Assembly: GCA_018651085.1 (NCBI GenBank)
Contig: JABIEQ010000002.1
Location: 87,783 to 151,782, forward strand
Source: Candidatus Magasanikiibacteriota bacterium
GTDB lineage: Bacteria; Patescibacteriota; Patescibacteriia; Magasanikbacterales; UBA922
Length of the DNA: 64,000 nucleotides
Direction: 5' to 3'
Below the pieces are notes generated by a model. That model was not told where the DNA came from, did no database searches, and was given only the letters and a program-made list of their open reading frames with translations. The translations under genes were made by a program, and so were the position numbers. This document shows positions 30,534 through 41,527 of this stretch, piece by piece. Positions within the stretch are counted from its first letter, which is position 1. The number at the start of each line of letters is the position of its first letter.

Positions 30534-31511
30534 ATGGGAAAAAAGAGAAAGCAAACCTCTTCAAAACTTGAATTTTTTTATGAACGACTGGCTACTATTG
30601 TAGGCCGGTCGTTTGTTCAGGATATTAAAAAAACATTCGTAGAAAAGCCAACAACTTTTCGAGTAAACACGTTGTTGTCTACAAGAAAAGATGTAGAAGA
30701 ATTATTAAAACAATCTGGATTTACCGTTCGTCGGGTTCCTTGGTACAGCGATGCGTTTATTTTACAAAATAAAAGTAAACGGGAATTAATGAATCATGTC
30801 CTTTTTGAAAAGGGATATATTTATGTGCAGAGTTTAGCGAGTATGGTTCCGCCAATTGTTTTGAATGCAAAACCAGGAGAGCGTGTGTTAGATCTTACTG
30901 CTGCACCAGGGAGTAAGACATCTCAGATTGCATCATATATGGAAAAGACAGGGGAGCTTGTTGCAAATGATAAAGATCAAGTTCGTTTTTTTAAATTAGA
31001 ACATAACATGAAAAAGCTTGGGGTTATTGATGAAGAAAAAGAAGATTGGAAGTTTACTCTTACAAATGAACCAGGTGAAAGATTATGCCGCGAGTATAAT
31101 GAATATTTTGATAAAATTCTTCTTGATGCGCCTTGTAGTGCAGAGTCAAGATTTATTGAAGGGAAGCCTAAAACGTATTCGTATTGGAGTGAAAAAAAAG
31201 TGGAAGAGCTTGCTCGTTTGCAGCGACGATTATTAAAGGCTGCTTGGAGTGCGCTTAAACCTGGTGGAATATTAGTGTATTCAACGTGTACCATGGCACC
31301 AGAAGAGAATGAGTTACAGATTTCGCGATTTATTTCTGAATGTGAAGATGAAGTAACATTGCTTCCAATTGCTATTGATGGATTGAGACGATTATCTTTA
31401 TTAAAAGATTGGCAAGAAAAAGGGAATAGTAAAAAGATGAAGCATATGCTTCGGATTATGCCAACAAAGGATATTGAAGGATTTTTCATTGTAAAGCTAC
31501 AGAAAGCTTAA
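30534..31511 (+). CDS. RsmB/RsmF/NOP2 family RNA m5C methyltransferase
   Basis: VLDLTAAPGSKT, ILLDAPCS, LVYSTCT..PEENE. Confidence 0.92.
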   Translation: MGKKRKQTSSKLEFFYERLATIVGRSFVQDIKKTFVEKPTTFRVNTLLSTRKDVEELLKQSGFTVRRVPWYSDAFILQNKSKRELMNHVLFEKGYIYVQSLASMVPPIVLNAKPGERVLDLTAAPGSKTSQIASYMEKTGELVANDKDQVRFFKLEHNMKKLGVIDEEKEDWKFTLTNEPGERLCREYNEYFDKILLDAPCSAESRFIEGKPKTYSYWSEKKVEELARLQRRLLKAAWSALKPGGILVYSTCTMAPEENELQISRFISECEDEVTLLPIAIDGLRRLSLLKDWQEKGNSKKMKHMLRIMPTKDIEGFFIVKLQKA

Positions 31512-31615
31512 ATAATGGAAGGAAAGGACTTGTTTAAGCCATTTTTTGGCTTATTTAGGGGTTTGCAAAATGAATTCAGTATGGTAGTATATTCTTGTAA
31601 TTTAAGCGAAAAAAT

Positions 31616-33382
31616 ATGTATCGAACTCATACGTGTAATGCATTAAACACGACTCATGTCGGTCAGGAAGTAACCCTTTCTGGGTGGGTTCATAAACGGC
31701 GTGATTTGGGAGGACTTATTTTTGTTGATCTTCGTGATCGTTATGGGCTTACACAAGTAGTGTTTCATCCTGAAGACATTGCTGACTTTTCTGTGGTTGA
31801 AGGGTTGAAATATGAACATATTATTAAGGTTTCTGGGAAGGTTGTTGCGCGTGATACGAAGGCCGTGAATGATAAGCTCACGACAGGGAAAATTGAGCTT
31901 AGCGCAGTGAGCATTGATATTCTGTCGGCGACTAAACCTATGCCGTTTGAGATTTTTGAAACGGATAAGGGAGAAGAAGACGAAGAACTTCGGCTAAAAT
32001 ATCGATTTTTAGAATTACGACGGAAACGATTAAAAGAAAATATACTGTTTCGTAACAAAATGGAACAATATATTCATAAATACATGCAAGAGAGAGATTT
32101 TATTCATATCTCTACACCAATTTTAACAGTATCGTCTCCAGAAGGAGCAAGAGACTTTTTGGTTCCAAGTCGGATTCATCCTGGAAAGTTTTATGCGTTA
32201 CCTCAAGCACCACAGCAGTATAAACAGCTTTCAATGGTTGCTGGGTTTGATCGGTATTATCAGATTGCGCCATGTCTTCGAGATGAAGACCCGAGAGCCG
32301 ATCGTTCACCAGGAGAATTTTATCAACTTGATTGCGAAGTGAGTTTTATGACGCGTGATGAGTTTTTTGATCTCATGGAACCACTTTTTATTGAACTTAC
32401 AGAAAATGTTGCTGGGAAAACCGTCATGCAAAAACCGTTTCCTCGTATTCCATATAAGGAAGTTATGGAAACATATGGAAGTGATCGTCCAGACCTTCGC
32501 TTTGATTTAAAGATTTCGGATGTTACTGAGTGGGGGAAAGAAACTGATTTTAAAGTATTTCAATCAGCTGAACATGTTCGTGTCCTTGTTGTTCCAGGTG
32601 GGCATGAGTTTAGTCGTAAAGAAATTACGGATGAATTTGAAGATAAGGCTAAACGAGGCCATGCAAAAGGGTTAGCATGGATGAAGCATGTGGATGGTGC
32701 CTTTGATGGAGGTATCATGAAATTCTTTACTGAAACTCAGTTGCAACAACTGAAAGAACAAGTGTCACTTAGTGAAAATAGTATTCTCTTTTTTGTAGCT
32801 GATTCCTGGGATGTGTCTTGTAAAGCTCTTGGAGTTGTTCGAGAATATGTTGGAGAAAAAATGAAACTTGCTGATCCTAATATGATTGGGTGGGCGTGGG
32901 TTGTTGATTTTCCTTTTTATGAATGGAATGAAGAATATAAAAAAGTAGATTTTGGGCATAATCCATTTTCTATGCCACAAGGTGGTATGGATGCGCTTAT
33001 GAACCAAGATCCATTGATGATTCTTGCTGATCAATATGACATCATTGCAAACGGGTTAGAATTGTCTTCTGGTGCTGTTCGAAATAAAGATCCTGAAGTA
33101 ATGTATAAAGCCTTTGAAATTGCAGGGTATAAAAAAAGTGATGTTGATGATAAGTTTGGTCACATGATTCGTGCTTTTGAGTATGGTGCTCCACCTCATT
33201 GTGGGTTTGCGCCAGGTATTGAACGATTAGTGATGCTTCTTCGAGGTGAAAAGAACATTAGATCTGTTGTACCATTTCCAAAAAATCAAAAAGCAGAAGA
33301 GCCGATGGTGGGAAGCCCAAGTACGGTTGACGACGAACAACTCAAAGAACTTTCTATCAAGGTATCATTACCAAAAGCATAA
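31616..33382 (+). CDS. aspS: Aspartate--tRNA ligase
   Basis: MYRTHTC, RRDLGG, YALPQAPQ, RDEDPRADR, GAD insert, YGAPPHCGFAPGIER. Confidence 0.98.
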   Translation: MYRTHTCNALNTTHVGQEVTLSGWVHKRRDLGGLIFVDLRDRYGLTQVVFHPEDIADFSVVEGLKYEHIIKVSGKVVARDTKAVNDKLTTGKIELSAVSIDILSATKPMPFEIFETDKGEEDEELRLKYRFLELRRKRLKENILFRNKMEQYIHKYMQERDFIHISTPILTVSSPEGARDFLVPSRIHPGKFYALPQAPQQYKQLSMVAGFDRYYQIAPCLRDEDPRADRSPGEFYQLDCEVSFMTRDEFFDLMEPLFIELTENVAGKTVMQKPFPRIPYKEVMETYGSDRPDLRFDLKISDVTEWGKETDFKVFQSAEHVRVLVVPGGHEFSRKEITDEFEDKAKRGHAKGLAWMKHVDGAFDGGIMKFFTETQLQQLKEQVSLSENSILFFVADSWDVSCKALGVVREYVGEKMKLADPNMIGWAWVVDFPFYEWNEEYKKVDFGHNPFSMPQGGMDALMNQDPLMILADQYDIIANGLELSSGAVRNKDPEVMYKAFEIAGYKKSDVDDKFGHMIRAFEYGAPPHCGFAPGIERLVMLLRGEKNIRSVVPFPKNQKAEEPMVGSPSTVDDEQLKELSIKVSLPKA

Positions 33383-33390
33383 TATATATA

Positions 33391-33420
33391 AAAGGGTGAG
33401 GTTCTCCTCATCCTTTTCTT
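33391..33420 (+). terminator. Terminator-like hairpin after aspS
   Basis: AAAGGGTGAGG-ttct-CCTCATCCTTTT. Confidence 0.6.
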
Positions 33421-33426
33421 CTTTTT

Positions 33427-35139
33427 ATGGATCTTCTTTATTCTGACATACAACACCTTGTTGCAATAAAATTGTGCTTTTTCTTGTTTTTGATATTTGC
33501 CATTGTTGGTATCTATAGAAAATGGCGTTTAGGGTACTTTGTAGGGCTTATAAGTCTTTTATCGGGTATTTCCTACCTTTTGCTCGTTCGAGGGCGTGAG
33601 CTCATGTTTTGGGGCCTTCATGGGGACGAGGTGACTATTGCCGCGATGTATACCATGGTGTCTAAAGGACCTGGTTTTGTGGATTTTGCGTATACGCATC
33701 TTCCTGCTTTTTATCCACCATTGTATTTTTGGGTATTTGGTTTTATTGGCCGTATGCTGTCGTTAAATGGTGTGCAGGTTGCTAAAATTGCTACGTTTTC
33801 TACTATTTTGTTTGTACCTATTATGTTGTATTTGGTGCAGGCCTGGTTTTGGAAAAAGAAAAAAGATGCAGGGATATTATTTACTCAAAAACTTTTATGG
33901 TTTTTATCTACGCTTTTGTTATTTGTAGTGATTGAGTGGGATGCCATTATTACAAAGCCATATCAATTTGTTTCCGCTGCTGGGATTATTATTTGGACAA
34001 CCATGTTGTTGTATTGGGTTCATAAGGAACGTCTTCGTCTTTTGAGTGGTATTGTGTTTGGAATTGTTGGTGGTCTTTTGTTTTTAACGTATTATTTTTG
34101 GTTTTTTCTTGCTGCTATTGGGATTACATTTTTTCATCTTTTTTATAAACGGGTTTCTTTTCGGGCGTATCTGTCTTTGTTTGGTGTTGGAGCGTTAACG
34201 CTCCTTGTTGGTTCTCCATTTTGGTGGCCACTTGCAAGGAGTTATCGAGCATTTGGTACAGAAAATTGGCAATTCGGGTATTTACTTGTTGAATGGCTTT
34301 CTACGCACGTCTCATTTTTCACCTTTTCGATTTCTTCGCTTGTTATGCTTTTTGGATTTGGTGTTCTTGTTTGGTATAGAAAACGTTTTTATTGCCGGGT
34401 GCTCTTGAGTTTATTTATTGCTTCATATGTGTGGCAAATAATGGGATTGTTTACGATTTTGTTTTTAGCGTCTCCCATGCAAGAAGCGAAAGGGTTTTAC
34501 TTTTTTAGTCGATCTGTTTTAGCTTTTGGCGCTGCGTATGGTATGACGCGTGTGTGGTTTTTCATTCGTCGTAAATATAAAGGGAATATCTTTATTTTAC
34601 GGACTATTCAGATTATTGCTATTTGTTTCTTAGCTACGCAGCTTCCGTTTGGATTTTTTATTGACGAACCACTTATCTATAATACCCGTGTAAGTGCTCG
34701 AGCACTTAATCCTGAAGTACGGTTGTTGATTGATTATCTAGACGATAAACACGTTGAAGATAGTGTTACTGTTCATAGTGGTATTACTGGTTTACATGCA
34801 TTTTTACCATTGAATACTTTTGTGTATTTTAATATGAATAATTCTCATCCTGCTGCATTGTTTTCTGAACGATTACTTGTGCTTGATGAATTATCTCGTG
34901 CAAAAACACCAGAAGAATTTTATACAATATCTCAAAATAATTATGTAGATACGATTGGTAGGTTTATTCTACGAAAAGACGAGGGAGAACAGTATCTTTT
35001 GTATTTTTTGATTGATAATTTTCCTCATGGTACAAAAGAGCATATTATTTCTTTTTCTAAAGATCTTATTTCTGACACACATTTTTCGTCAGTGTTTGAA
35101 ACAGAACATTTTGTGATATTTGAATCGAAGAATCTATGA
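33427..35139 (+). CDS. AftA-like GT-C membrane glycosyltransferase (paralog 1)
   Basis: Multi-TM; WGLHGDE, DFAYTHLPAFYPPLYFW, C-terminal NSHPAALFSER soluble domain. Confidence 0.7.
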   Translation: MDLLYSDIQHLVAIKLCFFLFLIFAIVGIYRKWRLGYFVGLISLLSGISYLLLVRGRELMFWGLHGDEVTIAAMYTMVSKGPGFVDFAYTHLPAFYPPLYFWVFGFIGRMLSLNGVQVAKIATFSTILFVPIMLYLVQAWFWKKKKDAGILFTQKLLWFLSTLLLFVVIEWDAIITKPYQFVSAAGIIIWTTMLLYWVHKERLRLLSGIVFGIVGGLLFLTYYFWFFLAAIGITFFHLFYKRVSFRAYLSLFGVGALTLLVGSPFWWPLARSYRAFGTENWQFGYLLVEWLSTHVSFFTFSISSLVMLFGFGVLVWYRKRFYCRVLLSLFIASYVWQIMGLFTILFLASPMQEAKGFYFFSRSVLAFGAAYGMTRVWFFIRRKYKGNIFILRTIQIIAICFLATQLPFGFFIDEPLIYNTRVSARALNPEVRLLIDYLDDKHVEDSVTVHSGITGLHAFLPLNTFVYFNMNNSHPAALFSERLLVLDELSRAKTPEEFYTISQNNYVDTIGRFILRKDEGEQYLLYFLIDNFPHGTKEHIISFSKDLISDTHFSSVFETEHFVIFESKNL

Positions 35140-35900
35140 GTATGTTATCTGACAATTCTGTTGTTCTTATTATTCCTGTATATAATGGGGAAGAGTACTT
35201 GTTACGAACATGTGAAGAACTTGAAACGTACTTTGTAGAGCGACGTTATCTTAAAGAAATTATATTTGTTGACGACGGGAGTACTGATAATACCCATATT
35301 GCTTTAAAAAATAGTGTTCCTGCAGTATTAGCCTCTAGAGTGCGAGTACTCCATTATAAGAAAAATAGGGGAAAGGGATATGCAATTATGCATGCATTAT
35401 CTACGATTGACGATGCTGTTTCTTTTTTTGGCTTTACTGATGTTGAAATTCCATATGGATTGTCTTCTTTTGAAGAAGCCCTTTTTAAGCTTTTTGAATC
35501 AAAAGATATTGATGTTGTTATTGGAAATAGAAAACATAAAGATCAGACACAAGTGCAATATAGTTGGTATAGACAGTTTTGTACTCGTTTTTTTCGTTTA
35601 TTACTTCCTAAACCTATTCGTGCCATTTCAGATACACAAAGTGGGTTAAAGGTGTTTAAGGGAGATGTTGGACAAAAATTATTTTCATTAGTTCGAACAC
35701 ATCGTTGGGTGTTTGATATTGAGCTTCTGTTAGCTGTTGTTCGTGGTGGTTTTTCTTTTTATGAAATGCCCGTCTCTTTGAAGTCGTCGTGTCTCTCTCG
35801 TACTGGTGGTGTGTCTTTGTTTCGTCATGGTCCTCGAATCTTGTATGATATGATACGAATTTACTTATATGATAGAAAAAGCATATACAATTCTAAATAA
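35136..35900 (+). CDS. GT2 glycosyltransferase (polyprenyl-phosphate sugar synthase-like)
   Basis: IIPVYN, VDDGSTD, NRGKGYA, DTQSGLK, FDIELL. Confidence 0.9.
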   Translation: MSMLSDNSVVLIIPVYNGEEYLLRTCEELETYFVERRYLKEIIFVDDGSTDNTHIALKNSVPAVLASRVRVLHYKKNRGKGYAIMHALSTIDDAVSFFGFTDVEIPYGLSSFEEALFKLFESKDIDVVIGNRKHKDQTQVQYSWYRQFCTRFFRLLLPKPIRAISDTQSGLKVFKGDVGQKLFSLVRTHRWVFDIELLLAVVRGGFSFYEMPVSLKSSCLSRTGGVSLFRHGPRILYDMIRIYLYDRKSIYNSK

Positions 35901-37542
35901 ATACGCGTCGATTATTGTTCCTGTTGGGCTTTTTTTGCTCATCTTCGCGGTATATTTCCCCCTTTTATCTATTGGGTTTTTTAGTGATGATTATCACATG
36001 CTTTCTGTTGTTTCTGACCAGGGGAGTGTATGGAAATATTGGATAACGAACCTTATTGGAGAGCGTGGAGGACACTCATATGGTCCAATATACAATATGG
36101 TGTTTACACTTGAATATTGGCTTTTTGGTTTACACAGTCTTGGGTATCATGTATTTACGTTGTTTTTTCATTTTATGAGTGCTTGTTTGGTGTTTTTCTT
36201 TGGAAGAGCATTAAGTAAACGAGTTTCTGTTGGGCTTGGTGCTGCTATTTTGTTTTCTATATTGCCTAATCATACGGAATCTCTTGCTTGGGTGTCTGTG
36301 CAACCGCATGTATTATCTACTTTGGGGTATCTTGGAGCACTATTAAGTTATTTCCTTTTTTTACAAAAACAGACAGTATTACGGTATATTGTGATGCTTG
36401 GTAGTGTGATATTTGCACTTTTTTCTAAAGATGCTGCATTGACGCTTCCAATTGCTCTTATATTAATGCATGTATTTTTTTCTCGACCTTCTTTTACAAA
36501 GGAATCCCTATATAGTTTTTTTCGTACCATATTGCCTGTTGTAGCTATTACTGGAGTGTATCTATTTTTGCGTACGTATACCACTCAAAGTGGAGGATAT
36601 TATGCTGGGGCACTTGATGTATCATTTTTCCCACTGCTTTCTATGTTTGTTGAGATTACGGTAAATATGTTTGTTGTGTATCCGGCGCGTATGATTGTTA
36701 CTCATTTTTTACCGACTACATTTGTTGTTCTTTTACTATTACCATTTTTTTTGTACTTTTTTATATTGTATACAAAACGTATACAAAAATCTGTGCGTAC
36801 GCCATTATGGTTTTTGTGTTGTTTGTATCCCGTTGTTCTTGCTCCGTTTTTGCTTCTTCAATATAACGTTCTTCATGACGGGGGTGAGCGATATGCCTAT
36901 CTTGGTTCATCAATATTTTTTATCCTTTTTTCGTATGTTATCTATACGTTTTTACGAAGATATATTAAACAATCATCTTTTCGTTTAGTGTATTTTGGTA
37001 TTTTCTTTTTATTCTTTCTTCTTTTTATTCCAATATCAATTTCTAAAAATATGAATTGGGAAGCTGCAGGAGATGTAAGAGATTCTATTTTTTCTTCTGA
37101 ACTAGTGGTATCATCTGACGATTATGTATTATTTGTAGGTATTCCTGACAACATAGATGGTGCAGAACTTTTTAGGAATGCTATTTTTGAATCTTTTTCT
37201 CTTGAAAATGATATGGATTTATCTGGTGAACGTTTACCTCTTTATACTCTTTTAGATAAGGATAGAGCTTTGTCTTTGGTTTTTGAAGAAGTGACACCTT
37301 ATGAATTTCTCCTTACCCCTCAAGAAAATGATGTTGATGATGTGGTGTTTACTGGGTTCCCTCACTATGATCATGCGTTTGGGTCTGCTGAATTAGGTGG
37401 ATTTGATTCTTTTGGGAGTGTTGGCCGGTCAATTCGTATTGTATTTGATGAAGAAAAGATTGAAGATGCATTTACCGGTGAGAGATCATTGGTTTTAGTG
37501 TATTTTTCAGATGGAGTATTTCAATCAGTGTCATTGTATTAA
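35869..37542 (+). CDS. GT-C superfamily membrane glycosyltransferase
   Basis: FFSDDY loop after TM1, HTESLAW, ALFSK, ERYAYL. Confidence 0.7.
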   Translation: MIEKAYTILNKYASIIVPVGLFLLIFAVYFPLLSIGFFSDDYHMLSVVSDQGSVWKYWITNLIGERGGHSYGPIYNMVFTLEYWLFGLHSLGYHVFTLFFHFMSACLVFFFGRALSKRVSVGLGAAILFSILPNHTESLAWVSVQPHVLSTLGYLGALLSYFLFLQKQTVLRYIVMLGSVIFALFSKDAALTLPIALILMHVFFSRPSFTKESLYSFFRTILPVVAITGVYLFLRTYTTQSGGYYAGALDVSFFPLLSMFVEITVNMFVVYPARMIVTHFLPTTFVVLLLLPFFLYFFILYTKRIQKSVRTPLWFLCCLYPVVLAPFLLLQYNVLHDGGERYAYLGSSIFFILFSYVIYTFLRRYIKQSSFRLVYFGIFFLFFLLFIPISISKNMNWEAAGDVRDSIFSSELVVSSDDYVLFVGIPDNIDGAELFRNAIFESFSLENDMDLSGERLPLYTLLDKDRALSLVFEEVTPYEFLLTPQENDVDDVVFTGFPHYDHAFGSAELGGFDSFGSVGRSIRIVFDEEKIEDAFTGERSLVLVYFSDGVFQSVSLY

Positions 37543-37545
37543 CGT

Positions 37546-38919
37546 ATGTCTTCATTTTTTTCTTTTATTACAAAACATAAAGTATATACAGTGCTTCTTT
37601 TTTTATGTTTTATCCTTGGAGTAAGTATCCGTATTCATGATATACGAACATACAATCCTTGGTGGGCAGATGATGGAGGAGCACACGTTGCATATGTTAA
37701 TACTCTATTTAACGATCATGTGCTTCCTGACCCTTCTATAAATTATTTAGCGTGGCATGAACCTGGATATTATGCACTTAGCGCGGTATGGAAAGGAGTC
37801 GGCACATTGTTTGGTATTGAAAGTTTGGCCTTCGTCACAGCACTACAACTTATATTTTTTATTTTTCTATTTATTCTTGTCTGGCTGTTTACCTATTGGT
37901 ATAGCAAAAAAAATATTTGGCTTTCGTTATATGCTACGGGGCTTATAAGTGTTCTTTTTTCTTATGTGAAGGTGTCAACGTATATTACGAATGAGTTTTT
38001 AGTGCAAGTGGGCATTATTTTTGGCATTGCGGCTTTTTTATACTTTCGTCTTTATACATCTTCATCATATCTTCGGGTGAGTGTGTGGGCATTGTTTGTT
38101 GCCGGTTTATTACTTATAAAGGTGAGTGCTGTTCTTTTATTGTTTGGGGCTTGTGTGTTGTGGGGTATTAGAGCGATATCTAAAAAACAATGGTATCCAT
38201 TTTTATACATTGTTCTTACTATTTTTATTATTGGTGTGATTAATAGTCCTTGGCTTATGTATAAGCATCATACCTTTGGGGAGTCATTTTCTATTAATAG
38301 TCATGAATCTGTTAAGCAATCTGTTTTTACAAGTGATGCCTGGGAGTATATGTTTTCTTTTAATGGGCATGTTTTTTCTGATAACCCTTATTGGTTCTCT
38401 TTACCGTATTCATTTTCGAGTATTATAATTTCTGACACGTTTAGTGATTATTATAATTTGTTTCATGATGCTGATCGTTTAGCATTGTTACCAGAAAAAG
38501 ATAAGACACTACTTCCTAATAATAGATACACTACAGCAGTGCTTACCCATGCAACGCTTCGAATGAATCAGATTGGCTTAGGGATATTTGTATTATGGGT
38601 CATTGGTCTTTTTGGAACCCTCTATACTTCTGTTCGTTCTTATTATTTCTCAAAAAAGATCGATTATCGAACACTTTTTGTGTTTATTATGATTGGATCT
38701 GGTTGGGGTGCACTTATCTATAATAATCTTCGTCTGCCTTATCTTGATCGAGGAGTACTTAAGATTCATTTTGTATTGTTTGTTATCTTTTTGATGAGTA
38801 TGGTATCGTCGGTATGGTGGTGGAACATGCTTAAGGTTTGGTATTTTCGTGCTTTAGTGTTGTTTTTACCACTTTTTGTCTATACCGTCATAGGATGGTC
38901 TATTCTTTTTATGAAATAG
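37546..38919 (+). CDS. GT-C-like polytopic membrane protein
   Basis: WADDGGAH..Y, HEPGYY, ITNE, LLIK motifs of ArnT/PMT-like proteins. Confidence 0.6.
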   Translation: MSSFFSFITKHKVYTVLLFLCFILGVSIRIHDIRTYNPWWADDGGAHVAYVNTLFNDHVLPDPSINYLAWHEPGYYALSAVWKGVGTLFGIESLAFVTALQLIFFIFLFILVWLFTYWYSKKNIWLSLYATGLISVLFSYVKVSTYITNEFLVQVGIIFGIAAFLYFRLYTSSSYLRVSVWALFVAGLLLIKVSAVLLLFGACVLWGIRAISKKQWYPFLYIVLTIFIIGVINSPWLMYKHHTFGESFSINSHESVKQSVFTSDAWEYMFSFNGHVFSDNPYWFSLPYSFSSIIISDTFSDYYNLFHDADRLALLPEKDKTLLPNNRYTTAVLTHATLRMNQIGLGIFVLWVIGLFGTLYTSVRSYYFSKKIDYRTLFVFIMIGSGWGALIYNNLRLPYLDRGVLKIHFVLFVIFLMSMVSSVWWWNMLKVWYFRALVLFLPLFVYTVIGWSILFMK

Positions 38920-38925
38920 GGTTGT

Positions 38926-40368
38926 ATGCTTTTTAGTTCCCTTCCATTTTTATTTCTCTTTTTACCAATATTTTTATTGGCATATTATCTATTGCCAAGA
39001 TCTTTAAGAAATATAGTGGTCCTTGTCTTTAGTTACCTTTTTTATGCGTGGGGTGCGCCTATGTTTGTACTGGTTCTTTTTGGTACAACGATTATCGACT
39101 ATGTGCTTGGTCGATTGATTGCAAGATATGCTACAAAAGGGAATGTCTCTCGATTATTTCTATGGATTTCTTTATTATCTAATGTAGGGTTATTGGTGTA
39201 TTTTAAGTATGCTAATTTTTTTGTAGGAGAGTTTCAGGTGCTTCTTAGTTCATTTGGTTTTTCTTCGTCGTCTTTTGTTGCCATTGCTCTTCCTATTGGA
39301 ATATCCTTTTTTACTTTTCAAAAAATTAGCTATATTGTTGACGTCTATCGTGGAACGACACCGCCAGCAAAAAAATTTACAGACTTTGCGTTATATATTG
39401 CATTATTTCCACAACTTATTGCTGGGCCGATTGTACGGTATCATGATATAGCTTCTCAAATAATTTCTCGGACACATTCATTTAAAAAGTTTTTTTCTGG
39501 ATTGTGGCGTTTTTCTATAGGGCTTGGTAAAAAAGTACTGATTGCTAATGAGTTATCTCAAATTGTTGATACTGTATTTGCGCTTCCTGTTGAAAGTATC
39601 CCTTTTACCTATGCATGGATAGCTATTCTTGCGTATGCTTTTCAGATTTATTTTGATTTTTCTGGATACTCTGATATGGCTATTGGGCTTTCTCGTATGA
39701 TTGGTTTTGATATTTTAGAAAACTTTCGGTTGCCATATATTTCTCGAACGATTACAGAGTTTTGGCGTCGTTGGCATATTTCGTTGTCTCGTTTCATGAG
39801 AGAATATTTGTATATTCCCCTTGGAGGAAATCGTGTGAGTGCTGTACGTATGTATGGTAATTTGTGGATTGTTTTTTTACTTAGTGGATTTTGGCATGGA
39901 GCAGCATGGACATTTGTTATTTGGGGTGCGTGGCATGGATTTTTTCTTATGTGTGATAAAATGTTTTTTAAAGCCTATGCAAAAAAGATTTCTGGTCTTA
40001 TTACTGTTCCATTAACGTTTTTTATTGTAAGTATGGGATGGGTATTTTTTCGTTCTGAAACGTTATCATATGCGTGGGGATTTTTTAATGCCTTATTTAA
40101 TGTATTTTCTATTGGCACGGTGTTTTCTGGTATAGCTTGGGGAGAATTTATTACCCATAGAGGTCTGTTTGTACTTGTCATTGCTTTATTGATTAGTTTT
40201 ATCCCTGCAATTGTTCCTTTGTCTAAAAAAGTTATTCAATGGATTTCTTGTATTTCCCCCATAAAAAAAGTAGCATTTCAGTCTGTGTGTATTGTGTTTC
40301 TTTTATTGGTATCTGTAATGGCTATAACAAACGATGCGTTTCATCCGTTTATCTATTTTAGATTTTAG
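38926..40368 (+). CDS. MBOAT O-acyltransferase, AlgI/PatA type
   Basis: LPIGISFFTFQ, FPQLIAGPIVRY, YFDFSGYSDMAIG, FWRRWHISL, GFWHGA, PFIYFRF. Confidence 0.93.
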   Translation: MLFSSLPFLFLFLPIFLLAYYLLPRSLRNIVVLVFSYLFYAWGAPMFVLVLFGTTIIDYVLGRLIARYATKGNVSRLFLWISLLSNVGLLVYFKYANFFVGEFQVLLSSFGFSSSSFVAIALPIGISFFTFQKISYIVDVYRGTTPPAKKFTDFALYIALFPQLIAGPIVRYHDIASQIISRTHSFKKFFSGLWRFSIGLGKKVLIANELSQIVDTVFALPVESIPFTYAWIAILAYAFQIYFDFSGYSDMAIGLSRMIGFDILENFRLPYISRTITEFWRRWHISLSRFMREYLYIPLGGNRVSAVRMYGNLWIVFLLSGFWHGAAWTFVIWGAWHGFFLMCDKMFFKAYAKKISGLITVPLTFFIVSMGWVFFRSETLSYAWGFFNALFNVFSIGTVFSGIAWGEFITHRGLFVLVIALLISFIPAIVPLSKKVIQWISCISPIKKVAFQSVCIVFLLLVSVMAITNDAFHPFIYFRF

Positions 40369-40369
40369 T

Positions 40370-41518
40370 ATGCGACGGTTTTTTATATTCACAACTATAT
40401 TCTTTTTCCTTTTTCTTTTTGCTCCCGTATTGCAAGGGGTGTCTCATGTATTTCAAGAGTCATCTGTATCTGGAGTGGAATATATTCCGACGCGACCTAC
40501 CTTAACGTTGTCTTCTTTTAAAACAGGTGATTTCCAACGAGATTTTTCTGATTGGTTTTCGTATGTGATGGGGTTCCGGGGAGCATTGATTCGATCTGAT
40601 AATCAATTAAATTTTTCTTTGTTTTCTGATATTTCTTCACAAGCTGACACAAAGATTGTTTTAGGAAAACAGGACTTTTTATATGAGCAAGGCTATATTG
40701 ATGGTATACAACATATTGATCCGATTGACCCCTTGATATTAAAAGAACGGGTTTTAGCACTTCGTACATTTCAGGATGAACTTAATAAACGAGAAATTCC
40801 TTTTCTTTTGTTAATTAGTCCAAGTAAAGCAAGTGTCTATCCGGAGTTTATTCCTGATCGTTTTTTGTATACTGAAGCTGTTCAGACAAAAAATACCTAT
40901 GAACAGCTTGTTCCGCTTTTAGATACATATGGTATTCAGTATATTGATGGTCATGATTTTTTTGTAAGACAAAAAGAAACACAGCCCCATACGTTATTTT
41001 CTGCTGGTGGAACGCATTGGAATTATTATGGAGCACTTCTTTTTTTACAACATGTGTTTGATGTTCTTGAGATACATATAGATAAAGATTTACCAGAGCT
41101 TATCTTAGACGATGTTGTTGTTGATACGGATTCATATGCTGCTGATAGAGATCTTTTGGAGCTTATAAATGTTTGGGATACTAGTCCACTTGATTCGTTA
41201 ACACCACATCCGTTGTATCATAGTGAGACAGAAGGGAAGTTTCTTGGTGATTTTCTCTTTGTTGGCGATAGTTTTAGTTGGATTCTTCTAGATATTCTTG
41301 ATGGAGCTCATATGTACAATTCTCGGGATTTCTATTATTATTTTAAGCAGCATGACACGTACCCAGAGAAAAGCTCGACTTCGATTAATCGAAGTAACAT
41401 TAATTGGGAAAAAGATGTCTTTTCTCGTGATGCGATTATTTTAGAGGTAAATGAGACGGCGCCACTTCCATTATGGTTTGGTTTTGTTGACGAAGCGCTT
41501 AATTATCTTGAACTGTAA
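40370..41518 (+). CDS. AlgJ/AlgX-like SGNH O-acetyltransferase
   Basis: N-terminal TM, PSKASVYPE, GGTHWNYYGA, VGDSFS. Confidence 0.8.
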   Translation: MRRFFIFTTIFFFLFLFAPVLQGVSHVFQESSVSGVEYIPTRPTLTLSSFKTGDFQRDFSDWFSYVMGFRGALIRSDNQLNFSLFSDISSQADTKIVLGKQDFLYEQGYIDGIQHIDPIDPLILKERVLALRTFQDELNKREIPFLLLISPSKASVYPEFIPDRFLYTEAVQTKNTYEQLVPLLDTYGIQYIDGHDFFVRQKETQPHTLFSAGGTHWNYYGALLFLQHVFDVLEIHIDKDLPELILDDVVVDTDSYAADRDLLELINVWDTSPLDSLTPHPLYHSETEGKFLGDFLFVGDSFSWILLDILDGAHMYNSRDFYYYFKQHDTYPEKSSTSINRSNINWEKDVFSRDAIILEVNETAPLPLWFGFVDEALNYLEL

Positions 41519-41527
41519 TGTTTACAT

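Noticed and set aside
31512-31615. Analogous Asp-rich leader before aspS
   Set aside because: No Asp-codon cluster or terminator; only a promoter-like sequence.
35136-35139. UGA=Gly recoding as in Gracilibacteria/Absconditabacteria
   Set aside because: Conserved genes are full length under code 11 and TGA acts as stop in an ATGA overlap here.
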